Shown here one piece after another: positions 50,140 through 62,444 of a DNA stretch of 64,000 bases; position 1 is the first letter of the stretch; each line of letters starts with the position of its first letter. Under the pieces are notes generated by a model. That model was given only the letters and a program-made list of their open reading frames with translations. It was not told where the DNA came from and searched no databases. The DNA comes from Moniliella sp. 'wahieum' (Eukaryota), in assembly GCA_003971905.1 (NCBI GenBank), contig RSEE01000025.1, forward strand, positions 434,001 to 498,000. The letters run 5' to 3'. A program made the translations under genes and the position numbers.

Positions 50140-51770
50140 ATGCCCGACCCCCTGCCCCTCGCCTGGCCCCTCCCCGGCCCCCTCCCCAGCGACAGCGCCA
50201 TCACCAACCCCGCCGTCACCAGCCCCGGCTTGGACCCCGACACGGCCATCCCAAGCGACCTGGATGCGCTGTTCCAGTCCCTCGACCCGGCCATTGCGTT
50301 GGACGACCTCCCCCTCCTGCCCCCCGACCCCGCTGTGTTTGCTGCGCCAGCAATGTCCGCGCCCGCATCCTCTGCCCCACCTCTGCCGAGTCCGCCACCC
50401 CCACAGCTCCCTTCTCCTTCCCAGCCTCAGCCTCAGCCTCAGCTTCATGCCCATTCCCATTCTCATTCCCATCCTCATCCTCATCCGCATCCGCATCCTC
50501 GTCCCCACCCCTATTCCCAGTCCAACTCCACTCCCCGCTCCCATTCCCATTCCCACTCCCACTCTTTCCCCAATTCTCATCCCCAACCTCAACCCCAACC
50601 TCAAACTCAAACTCAACCTGGCCCTCTCCCGCAACCCCAGACCCTATCTCAGCCTTCCCCACAAGTCGCCTCACACACCCCAATGCAACCCTCCGCGCCA
50701 CCTCTGGATGCATGGGACGGGTGGTGGCCTGTACCAGCACTGTCTTCGGTGCCACTGGTACCTGCCTCTACTGGGCCAAGCAGCCAACCTCTGGCGGCAG
50801 ATACGGACCTCTTCTCCCTTCCTTTCAACCCCCTCTCCCTTCGCCCCTCGGACCAATTTACCCAACTGGACCAAGCCGCTCTTCCCTTCTCCCTGGACAA
50901 CTGGTCCGTCCTTTCCCCTCCGCTGCATGAAACTCTGCCTCCTACCCCAGGCTCGGTGCCTGGCTCGGTACCTGGCTCGGCTCGTAGCCCGGGCCAAATA
51001 TGGAAGACACGGTCTGCCGAACCAGCCCCCTCTTCCTCTGGTACCTCGAGCAGCGTCCGTTCGCACCAATCGGACCCTACAACAGTAAGAGCCCCCCGAC
51101 TCCCGGCCTGTCCTCCCGTCTGCAACGACTGAACCGCGATCGGGGCGGTCCTCCCGTCGGAGGCATATAACCCTCAGTGCCGCTTTGGCTTGCGCCTCCC
51201 CCCTATCCCTCCCCTGCGCTTGCCTCAAGGGTCTTGTACCAAGTATCCCCTGTATCCATTGCTACATTTCTCCTATCCACCCTTTTGCCCTAGTTGTTGG
51301 TACGATTCCCCTTTTTCTGTTGGAGGATTAACAGGAGTTGGGGGGGGCGGGAGAGCACCAAACCAGGACCTTTTTTGGCCCTGATCCAGGTGCAGTCTTT
51401 TCCTCGAACTCCAGCATTGTGGCCTCCGGCCTTCCAGCACCAGCGGTGGTTGAGAATCTCGGTGCTGCCTCTGCCCCCGAGCCTGGTGCTCGTGTTGGAT
51501 CATGTTGTGCCATGAGGCTTGTGTAGCCAGGATAACCCAGGTGGCGGATTAGGTCGGATGGGGTAGCCTGGGGGGTTCGGATGGATGACAGGCGACGCGA
51601 CCCAACGGTGCGGGCCTGGCTTGGGCTGCAACCGGGAGCGTTGGAGCGTTGCAACAAATGACGTGGCTGTGCCTCCTCTCCAAGTCGGTGGGCAAAGGAC
51701 CATGAAGCTAGGAGTCCGTCCGTCACCGGCGTCACCAGCATTCGACAAGGATGAGGAAGAACCTGCCTAG
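50140..51770 (+). CDS. Hypothetical Pro/His/Gln-rich low-complexity protein
   Basis: 330-aa ORF with HS/HP/QP dipeptide tracts; GTAAGA donor near 51085; downstream exons unresolved. Confidence 0.45.
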
Positions 51771-52546
51771 CGTCGCGTTCGTGCGCTCCCTACTACTAAG
51801 CCTGGGACTCGTACATACAGTGTGGTTCAGACAGTTGTGTGCCGCGTCAGCTTGTGATGGCTGATAGTTGGAGAAAACGCGTCAAACACCGGTACTAGCG
51901 ATGCGCATCGTGATCGCCTCGGGTTTCGTCACCAGAGCATTGGATCAAAATGCTGGTGTCGGGGGTCGTGCCAGCCGGTGCCGGACGGAGTATGATGAGA
52001 CGTCCTGTAAAGGAAGTACCATGCACGCGTAGCTGGAAGCCAAGCTCCATCTGCTTTCGACGCTTTGCTCTTTGCTGTTATACCGTATTCACTTGCCGTC
52101 TCGTCTCGTCGTATCATACAGACCGGATCAACAGATGTGAGTTTGTGTCTCCCGTTCATTTCCTTTGGCCCAAACCCACGTATTTGCCAAACCAAGTGGT
52201 GGCAGCGATCCTCAGTCTTTGTCTTCATCAAGTACAGATCAAAAGCTGTAAACACTAGCAAGTGTTTTCCACTTGTTCAGCACAGCGTTCGTGCGAAGTA
52301 GGGGGCGACGACACAGGCAGCGTATTAACATTTCGACGACACAGGTAGGCATATATGAGGACGGGTGTGGTGCAAAAATATACAAAGAAAAATAAGACGA
52401 TGGTGGGGCAGGACCAGCATGCCGCCGAACGACGGTCGCACCTACTATAAACCCAGGGGAAGGCGTGCGTGACAAGAAAAGCCCGAGTCCATGGTGAAAG
52501 GGAAGCAAGTGCGGACTGTACACAGGGAAATAGAGGCATGGAAGCA

Positions 52547-53971
52547 TCAACAGACAGCATGCGTACGTTGGTTCAAATTGGTCGGGATCCAATGACCCAA
52601 GCCAGCTTGGTAGGACCAATAACTTGTTGGATCTTCGGTTTTCCAAGTAAACATGACCCATCCCTGCGTTGTGTTCGTATACGAGCGACTGGGTGTCGAA
52701 CAGTTGTTGTCGGTAGAGCGTATCGTCGACCCGCCCAGGATGGGATCGAAGAGGGCGCGCCTTCGGCCGGGAGGACCGGCGTCCGGCACCGGAAGTGGGC
52801 GGGGTCTGCTTTTTCCCGTTGATTCTTGCGTCTGGCGACACTCCACTCTCCCAGATTGTCTCATGGTGCGATTGGCTTGCTGCGAGCGCCCCTTTCAGTT
52901 GACATACTTGCCGCAAGGCGACATCCGTCACATTGTTGTACGCTGGCGGGTCTGCAGCAGTACCATTGGTCAGTCGTCTCCATTCCCCCCATTACCCATT
53001 ACACCCTCAACAATACGAGTTACTGTTCGGGAAAGCACACGTACTGGCAACACCACTGTTGTACTGGTACATGTTGGCGTAAATGTGTGTATCGACGGAT
53101 CCCTTGCCACCATTAAAGGTGTACCAGGAAGACAGGTTGAGGAACCCATCATGGTACACCGACGTAAACCCCGACTGCAACTGGTTGAGGGCAGTAGTGT
53201 AGTAATTCTTAGTAAAGGCAACGTTGTTGTCCTTGTTCATGTTGAGCAACGGCTCATTGAGCGCCTCAATGTGGGTCACTGTGCTCTGTTTCGAGCTGAA
53301 GGTAGAAGCAATCTGTTTCAACACTGCCTCGGCATTGGCGTTCGACTGAGCATCTTGCCAGTACATACCCCCCTCGGCCGGACGAGCCGTGGCCATTCTG
53401 GGAACCGGGTGCGCCATGCAAACAGATGATGACTTTGATCCCGTGGTTCTCAGCCCAACCGACCGCACGAGATAAGTAGGCCGTTTGGTTGGCGTGCACG
53501 TACGGCTCCCCGGCTGAGGTGTCGTACGCCCAGTACCCAATGGGAATCCTTCATTGCAACTGCGTTAGCTAGCCGGACACGCGCGCCTATCCCTGACAAA
53601 ATGCAGAACAGAGGAACGACATACCGAACATAGTTCAGGCCCACGGCGGCCATCTGGCGGAAATCGTCTTCAGACACAAAGTTCTCCCAGTGTTTGGTCA
53701 GGATTTGGGTGGCGTTGGGGGCATACCCAAACGTCCATTCATCAATGATGGAGTTGTTCCCTGTTGATTGGTAAACGGAAGGTACGAGCCACTGCTCGCT
53801 TACCAACCACCCGCTAACGAAACATCATCCATCCCATGCTCTGCAGTCAGTATACTCAGTTTGGTGCTTCGACAAACGACGTCCGCGGGACATACCCAAG
53901 GTTGACCCCCGGATGGGAGCAGCGCACGCAACGTGGGCCGCAGCAAGAAGCACCAATAGAAAAAGGCGCAT
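52547..53971 (-). CDS. Secreted GH5 exo-beta-1,3-glucanase (EXG1-like)
   Basis: Signal peptide MRLFLLVLLAAAHVACA; IRGVNLG|GWLV (intron 53895-53814); IDEWT; GLNYVR|IPIGYW; LHGAPGSQNG; acid/base LNEP; DTHIY; nucleophile GEW; FTWKTE. Confidence 0.92.
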
Positions 53972-54484
53972 AATGCGGAGCGGGAAAGAATGTGAGGAAG
54001 ACAAGGGCGGTGCGGGAAAAGTTGGAAATTCAAGCAAAGGACGTGAAGGGGGGCGTGCAATATGAAAAGGGTTGGGGTCGGTCGTCAACAGGAGGGCAGG
54101 CGTGGAATTGGTGGGGAGGAGGCGAGGGCGAGGCTAGATGGCCATGCGCTTTGCGGGTAGCCCGGGGGGTGAAGTCGAGAGTTGAGGAGATATGGGAAGC
54201 AATATGACACTGTCTGTAGGCTATAGGAGCGATGAGAAGCGCGCTGAAAGAGGCGCTTTTTGGATCCTCTTCTCTCCCCTCTCTGCGTTGCAGTGCACGC
54301 GCGTGTGTGTGGCGGAAGCGTTTGGGCGGGGATCCGTAGCATGCGCGCTGCGCGATGGCGACGTCCGAGCGTACGGTTGTTTCGGATGGCTGACGGCCCT
54401 GGTCCAACAGCAGTGCAGCTATGTAGAATGTCCACATGCATGTGCATTCTCATGATCATCATGTGCACACGTGTATCTCACATC

Positions 54485-54722
54485 TCACCGGTCACCGGTC
54501 AACACCCGCCTGTCATCGATTGGTCATACGATCACCACCCACATCATCGACTACTTGGCCCTAGACTTGAAGCTTAAAGCTTAAGGCTTGAAGCTTGATG
54601 TATGACGGCGGCCAAGACGAAGAGGACCATCCGACCACATGCCCATACCAGGGCGAGTTCATGGTATGCAGCTGGAGCAGTGGAAGATCGCCTTCCTCTC
54701 CATCGTCACGCGTCACGCGTCA
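54485..54722. repeat. Cluster of three different heptamer arrays (TCA-CCGG, TGA/TAA-AGCT, TCA-CGCG)
   Basis: Arrays at 54485-54501, 54568-54598 and 54706-54722, upstream of the GH5 gene. Confidence 0.9.
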
Positions 54723-55132
54723 TAGAGGCCATCTGCAATACGTCAATTAGCCTTTCGGCAACTGAAGCAGACCGAAGCTTGAGGCTTCTGTTAATGCGAG
54801 GACAAAGGCCTACGGAAAGAAGACACAGAGGGAGGTGATGGATCTATTCCAAGAGAGGAGCCCGTTAGGGGCAGAACATAGAGGAGAGTCGGATAGAACA
54901 GCGCGATGCGTGATGCGTGATCAGCTGCATGCATGATGGCGCTGACAGCTTCAACGTCTCATCGGCGCTCCCGGCCCGAAGCGTTTTCCATTTGCTACTA
55001 GCTATAAAACGGGAAAAGTTCTTCTATTATCGTGCCTGTGTTGGGTATTCAAAAGCGCAGTCTGTGGCCCAGAGAGCCACAGATAATGCTACCGATACAT
55101 GTGTGGGAGTTCAGATCTCTAATAGTTTACTA

Positions 55133-55730
55133 CTGCTGAGCGTGCTGAGCGTGCTGAGCGCTCAGGCTGAGCGCGCTGAGCGGCTGTGAGCATGCGAGCG
55201 CGTGAGCACGCTTCGAGTGGGGAGGATGCATCGGTAAACCCATGCGGCCGAGGCCAAAGTCAGAAAGCCAAAAACGGTGTAGTTGGTTCCAGCAGTTCCA
55301 TCAGCAGTGAGTACTGAGTGCTGAGTAGCTAGTAAGTAACTGAGTACTGAGTAGTGATCAATGATTGATGATCGATGATCGATGATCTGTTAACGTGTGT
55401 TACATGTTCCCACGGTTGCTCGCACGCGCAGTTGCTCGCGCGTTGCCACCAATATGTTCAAGAAGCTACCAGCCGAATGTTGCGTTTTGACATTTCAACT
55501 CAAAGGTCCAACGCCAATGTGTCAGCGCGACGCGTGATCAGGCTTCAAGCTTCAAGCTTCAAGTCGGTCACCGGTCAAGCTTCAAGCTTCAAGCCACATA
55601 GGCCATTTAGTACTTAGTACTCAGTCTGAGTACTTATGCAATGCTAGACTCGGTGAGCATATATGTATCGGCATTTCACAGACACCTAAGGCCGTAGTCA
55701 CTAGTCACGCTAGTCACGGGCTAGTCAGGA
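55133..55730. repeat. Dense cluster of TNA-spacer arrays (GCTGAGC, TGA-GTAC, TGA-TCGA, TCA-AGCT, TCA-CCGG, TTA-GTAC, TCA-CTAG)
   Basis: Read directly at about 55135-55190, 55308-55385, 55538-55591, 55607-55636 and 55698-55727. Confidence 0.9.
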
Positions 55731-58700
55731 GCTATAGGGAGGCCATATAGATGGGCACTTTGGGGCGTCTTCGTAGATATGGATGGGGGGGATATGCATC
55801 TGGCCGATGCTTCAAGGAAGAATGCAAGTCGAGATGTGTGAGGCCATGCGACCCCCGCCACTGCTACAAATGTATCGGGTTTGATTGATGATTCTTTTGA
55901 ATACAGGCCAGGTCCTCTCGCTCGTCCAAACTTCAACAAGTGTGTCGATAAATCAACATGTCAACATGTCATGCCAACAACATTCTCAATCCTCCGTACG
56001 TAAGATGTGGATATACTCTCAAAAAAGTGATAATCAGCCAACCGCATAGCCATATGATGTGGTACAGGAGGCAGGCCGCCAGCTCGATGGCAGTGGCCAA
56101 CATTGATTATAGTAGCTGTGTGTGGGTATATGTCGGATCCTCCTTCTTCTCTGTATAGGCACATCTCGAATACACACTAACGACGGAATTAAACATGATT
56201 GCATGATACCGATCGGAAAGAAAAATATATGTGACAGAGATGGAGATGCACGTTGTCGATCGAAGCTCGAAGGTGAAAAGCAAATGGAGAGATGTCAAAC
56301 AATCATCGTTATTTCTTAGCATCTTTCGGCATCCAGAGGCATGCCCTTGTGTATCATATATCATGCCCCTTTCTGCACACTTTTCGTGTGTCGCGCCACA
56401 AATCATATAATGAACATGCTGTTTGCAAATTTTGGAGGCTTGGTACTGGCTTGTCTGCTTATCTCGTCTTAGCACTTAATAGCCGTGCATCTCTTATCTC
56501 CCCACACTCCACTCGCAAGGATTGGTTCCTCGTCAGGCCTCAGGTCCGTAGATGATGCGGATGACGAGGTAATGAGTTTTTCTGGGCAAAACGATTTTGT
56601 TTCCCCCAACAGTGACACTTGCATACAGAAATAATCAGGGGAAACGGGCAGACAAATGCGATGTTGCACTGAAGGCATACATTCTCTTGATAGTATACCG
56701 TGCCCATATCATTCGATAGACGCAGCTTACGGCTGTTGGGATGGGAAAACTGTGCGCCTAAACCGACTCGCTCATCAGGCCCGTGTTTTGCCTGTTGGTG
56801 CCAAACGCGTTTAGGGAACCAGGGGAATGGACAGCAGATCAGGGCTCTCTGGTGTGCCGCCATCTGTTCCTATACCAGAGGCAGTGCGTGTGTTGGATAC
56901 GGATGAACGTGGTAGACATCCGAGCGGTGAACCATCTCCATATGAGACTCAGTACTCATTATAGCTAATTCGTTCCAGTACCCAAACATCTTGTTCACCC
57001 CGTCTTGATGGCATAGTATACCGTCGAGTCGTCAGAACCAAAAAGGGAAAAAGAGTTCTTGGGTGCGTCCCAGGTACTTGCCTTCGTGTCGCATTACGCT
57101 CTGAAGAAGTCAACGGCCGAGGGAGCTCCTTCTCTCGGCGTTCCAAAGGCGTCGCGGTGCATCGTGTACCCCCTCTCTGGTACACAGCCATATCCCCTCC
57201 TGAGTTCCCGAGTCCCGCAACGTTTGGTCCACCTCCATTATTCCTAATCCTCCGATTGCTCAAAACGTGCCATATCACTCGGCAGCGAGTGTTACGGGCT
57301 GCGGTGGACCCGAGATGGTCCGATCCAAGCTAAGGCCCCCTGCTCCGCACATGCCCAGTAGAGCGCGTGCTCCGCAATCCAACCAAGTGTGATGATGGCT
57401 GGTTAAATTAGGTACCGAGGGCCGAAGGGCCATGCATTCGCACGACAATAGTCGCCCCTCCCGCACAAGTCCAAGTCGGCTGGCCTAAAAAAGGCCACCG
57501 AGAGCTTCCAGTGTCTTGGCGACGACTGTCCCCTCTGTCCCTGTTTCCTTTTCCTTTCTCGATCGCGCCTGCGGCGACCAACCCCTCTTTTGATGTGCCT
57601 TCCTTTTTACACCCCCACTTGTATTTCCTTCCTTTTGATCTAGCCTGTACCCCTGGTTGATGGGGATCCTTTCCCCCACCTTCCATTCTAGTCATCTCTC
57701 GCCTTCAATCTCCCCCCCCGCCTATCCTGTCCGACTCCTGCCCATTTTCGAGCCAATTGATCCAGTACAGGCAGCTTCCTCTCTTCTTTGCTCCCGCTTC
57801 CTCTTCCTACCTCGTCCTCCAGCACTCCATCAGTCCAGTCCGCGCGTGCTGTCCTTCAGCTACGTCGATTTCCAGTCTCTATCCAGTCTCCGTTGAGGCA
57901 GTGTTTGTCTACCTCCGCCTCCTGCCGTCCCTTAGTCCCGGAGGCTTCAGACACGTTACTACAGCCCAGGCCAGTGCAGATGCAGTACAGCCGCCCCACC
58001 AAAGGCCTCTTCTCGTCCCTAGCTCCGCTCGGATCCACCAACTAGTCCAAGCCCGAAATTACCGTCGTGAGTCGACCTACTGTCTCCTAAGGGATCGTAA
58101 CCCCAAACCCCGGGGCGTGCCCCCTGGTTGGGCCCGCTCCGTGACGGCCAGTAGTCAGTCGTCAGTACGCATCGCCTTCCTCCCACGCCCTGCCACGCCT
58201 CGTGCCGTCCTGGCCCTCCACCGTCGGCTGGTTGTGGATGTGGGTTTCGGGGATTGAGCGCATGAGTTGGAGAATGAGCTCCCGCACCGTCTCATGCAAA
58301 CCACCAAACCTGGACTGAGTCCGGGTGCAAGCCATTACGATGCGCTCAAGCGAGGACACGACGCCACACTTATACACATGTATAACAGCCACACACGATC
58401 ACTATTAAAAATCCACTGTGATCGCGAGCGTGGCGCGGATATAAGCCTCTGCCCCTTGTTCTTTTTTGCGCTTATATACCCTCAGATATAGAGAGGCACG
58501 TTCTTGGCGTCTCACAGATCTGTCGAGTTGTCATAAACACGGGGTCTCTCTGTCGACGAGACACGGCATTCAAGCTTCAAGATGTTGTGAAAACGGTGAA
58601 ATTAACGGTGAAACCGAAAAGCGTATGGCGCTCGGTAAGATGTGTACGCTCAGCGCTCACAGCTGTTTTTGAGCCTCTATCATCGTCTAAACATGCTGTC

Positions 58701-59003
58701 TAAAAAGCATGTTTTTGAACGCCCTGATACATATGACAGCTAGCGGACGCCGGAATATCTTCCCTCAATATCAATACCCACTTGCATATGTACGACAAAA
58801 CACTTCTGAGAGGGTTTCCAACAAAGATATCGTCGAAGATTGGTATAATAATCTCGATGTGCAGCACGTGGACACACGCGATAATCGGTGGTCAATCATC
58901 TTGACCATGCACGGCCTGGGGAGTAATTCGATGTGCGTTTGGGTCCTACCAGGTCCTACCACGGCGACAGAGGGGAAGGAGAAGAATGGAGGTAAGACGG
59001 CGG

Positions 59004-59337
59004 TAACCGGTTACTAGTTCTAGTCACGCGAGTCACGAGTCACTCCTGAGTGATGCATGATGTATGATGACTAGGATCGGTGACTGATGTATGCATGATG
59101 CATGATGCATGATTTCCTGTGTGGCTTGCGGAGCCGGGAGAGAGGGAGGGAGCGGGTGGCGGAGTATCTAAGACAGTGCTGCAGCGCCAGGGGCACAGGT
59201 AAGTTACCGGTGACTCGTGACATGTGACATGTGACATGTGTGACATGCGACCAGCCAGTGATTGCGGTACTAGTGTTGAACGTTGAACTTCAACGTTGAA
59301 CGTTGAACGTTGAACGTCGAACGTTTGAACGTTGAAC
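59004..59337. repeat. Cluster of heptamer arrays (TGA-TGCA, TGA-CATG, TGA-ACGT, TAA/TTA-CCGG)
   Basis: Read directly, 380-710 bp upstream of the Ariadne ligase ATG. Confidence 0.92.
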
Positions 59338-59714
59338 AGTCGATTCGATCGGCTGCAATGAGGGGGCGGTAGGGTTAGGGGGTGCAATCGGGGACAAGCA
59401 CCCAGCAGCGACAGGGGCCGTCGCGGTGGCTGCAGGCGGCACCAGGGCAGTGTGTGGGGCGCTGCGGAGGGCGCGGTGGCGGCCGGCTGCGCCTGCAAGG
59501 CATGGCATTTGTTCAACCGCATCCAGCACGGCGCCAGTGTCGTCGCCGTGCCCACCCCTCGCGGCGTTTGGTTAGGTAAGCCACAGCCCCCACGGCCCCC
59601 GACTGACGAGTCACGTCACATTAAGTGCTCACCACACCTCGCACCACCACACCGCCACTCCTCCTCCTGCCACCCCCCACCACCTGCCTCCGCTCGCTTC
59701 CAGCCAACGCAACC

Positions 59715-61516
59715 ATGTCTGCTATCCGCGCTGACGAGCACATCTCGTCCGACGTCGAAATGACATCCTCCGACAACGACTCCGCTGCCGCCTTCGAGGG
59801 CCTGGACGACGACGGCGCACAGTTGTTTTACGCCGACGATGGAGACGGCGAATTTGTCGCCTTTGATGATTCTGACGTCGAAGACGTCAACTTTGATGGC
59901 GCCGAGTCGACGATCGACGAAGATGAACTCGATGATGCCACCCACCCAAAGAAGAAGCCTTGGGAAGTCGAGTATATCTCGCGCAACGAACAGGACATCT
60001 CCAATCTACAGAAGAAGGAGGTGGACCAGATCGCCGCCATGTTCAACGTCAAGGTGTGTACCTCTCCCTTTTCTTATGCTCGATTTCTTGCTAACCCCAT
60101 CGCCTCAAATTAGGACACGGATGCGGCCATCCTACTACGTCACATGAACTGGAACAAGGAGCGTTTGATTGAACGCTACATGGACGCCCCCGATGAGGTC
60201 AAGTACGAGGCTGGCGTCATTGACGACCCCTCCCGCCCCCGCGTAGCAGCAATGACGCCCCACGACAATTTCACATGCGAGATCTGTTTCCAATCGACCG
60301 ATGACTTGCCTCGTCTTACGCCCTCCCAGCAGAGGAAGTTGAATGAGTACGAACGCGCGGTGGCCCGCGCCAAGAGCGCTGGCTCGGCCCAAGTCATCCC
60401 TCTCCCTCCCTCTATCCCGTCACTGTCTACCCTTGCCCTCGCCTGTGGTCACCGGTACTGCACCTCATGCTACACTGAATACCTCAACAACAAGATCAAG
60501 TACGAGGGCGAGTCCCGCCGGGTGCAGTGCATGGAGGAGTCCTGCAAGCCATTATTGACGAGAACACGATTGGCCAACTGGTGGACGCGTCAATGCTGGA
60601 GCGATACCGCACGCTACTCAACCGTGCCTTTGTTTCCGATTCGGGAATGATGGCGTGGTGCCCGGCGCCGGGTGCGAGCTTGCGGTCGAATGCCACGTTT
60701 CGCGCAAGAAGCTGAATACGATCGTGCCTACCGTGCGGTGCGGGAACGGCCATGAGTTTTGCTTTGGTTGCAGCCAAGAAGCGCATGCGCCTTGCATTTG
60801 CCGCATCGTCAAGTTGTGGCTGAAGAAATGCGAGGACGATAGCGAGACGTCCAATTGGATCAAGGCTAATACGCAGGACTGTCCCAACCCGAGCTGCAAC
60901 TCACTGAGGAGAGAACGGAGGGTGCAATCACATGGTCTGCCGCAAGTGCCGGTACGAGTTTTGCTGGATTTGCGAGGGCCCTTGGTCGGAGCATGGAACT
61001 TCGTACTACAACTGCAATCGCTTTGACATGAAAAAGGCACAGGAGAAAGAAAGCCGCAAATCGTCACGGGTGAGCTTGGAGCGCTACCTCCACTACTTCA
61101 ACCGGTACCAGAACCACGAACAGTCAGCTCGTCTGGATGAAAAGTTGATGGTGCAGACGCGCAAGAACATGGACGCGATGCAAGAGGCAGGCGTTCTGTC
61201 GTGGTCAGAGGTGCAGTTTTTGGCCAAAGCAGCGACGGTGGTTAACGAATGCCGGATGACACTCAAGTGGACTATGCAATGGCCTTTTACCTCGAGCGCA
61301 ACAACATGACTGAGATCTTTGAGGACAACCAACGTGATCTCGAGCGCGCGGTGGGAAGAGTTGTCGGAACAGCTTCAGTCGCGATTGACCAAGACGATTA
61401 CCCAGCTGAGGCAGAAAGTGACTGACCTCATGGTCTATGTCCAGCGTCGACGGGAAATCATGCTGGGAGATACACTCCAGGGGTACCCTGAGGGACGATG
61501 GGAGTTTACCGTGTAA
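59715..61516 (+). CDS. ARI1: Ariadne-family RBR E3 ubiquitin ligase
   Basis: Acidic N-terminus; LLRHMNWNKERLIERY; RING1 CEIC..CGHRYC; IBR WCPAPG; WLKKCEDDSETSNWIKANT; RING2 GGCNHMVC; Ariadne domain LERYLHYFNRY; intron 60054-60113. Confidence 0.95.
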
Positions 61517-62040
61517 CGGTCTCGCTTCCGTCTTGTTGTTATTTCATTTCCTCATTCTCATTTTCATTTCCATCCCCCACCCCCGCTCCCATTCCCGTTC
61601 CCATTCACCACCTCCATCGCCCCCAATGACTAATGACTGTTGTGCTTTTCCTCATTTCACCTTCCACCCCGCATCCACGAGGAAGGAGGGAGGAATGGGG
61701 GGGGGTCCCGTCCACTCTGATCCCCCATCCTCTGAGTTCCCAATCCTGTCCTAGGCACTTTTTGTCCCATTGTCGCGCCTTCGTCCTGTACTCTTCCTTC
61801 CCCCGCTCACGCGTCCGCATGTGGTCGCTCGACCTCCGTGCGCTGCCTCCACGCTGATCGTCCCATGCCATCTCGGGTCTCGAGTCATACCCCGTTGCTC
61901 CCTCCCGTGGAACTTGAATACCGCCTTCCGATCTTGTACTGAAAACAATATATGGGAGGTGGGAAACGTATATGTTAGGCCGGAGGAAACCAATGATTGG
62001 GTGGAGACACTCTAAACATGTAGAGGAATGCAGTCGAGGT

Positions 62041-62105
62041 GGGGCGGTGGTGAAGGTCTAAGCCTTTTGCCACACCAAGAGGAGACAGGGGTTCGAACGC
62101 CGGAG
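62041..62105 (+). pseudogene. Degenerate tRNA-like sequence (possible tRNA pseudogene or SINE head)
   Basis: A-box-like GTGGTGAAGG, stem CCTTTT..AAGAGG, GGAGAC, then B-box GGTTCGAAC; acceptor and T stems imperfect. Confidence 0.35.
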
Positions 62106-62444
62106 TAGTATCCACGTGGTGGCTTCGGAGGACAAATCAGGGTCGAAGGTGGGTGTAAAGGGTGATAAGGCGCCTGGCCCTATGCACGGGAACGCGTCCC
62201 AACAGTATAAAGGAGGACATTCAACCTCATCAAGAGGAAACTGGCTTGTATTTAGACCTGCCTTGGTAAGCTTCTCGTGTCAAGTCAACTCTCACTTGAG
62301 GCCTGATGGTTCTAACCATGAGGCATTGAGGCTTGAGAGTTTGAGATCTGAGAAGCTTTAGGGTGATCAACACGTTGAGGCGAGGCAAAATATACATTGA
62401 GTACAGAAAGCAATCATCAACCCCACAAATACCTCCCACCTGGG

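Noticed and set aside
53405..53430. GH5 IDLHG motif reads ICLHG, suggesting an inactive enzyme
   Set aside because: Both catalytic glutamates (NEP, GEW) are present and the local sequence is error-prone.
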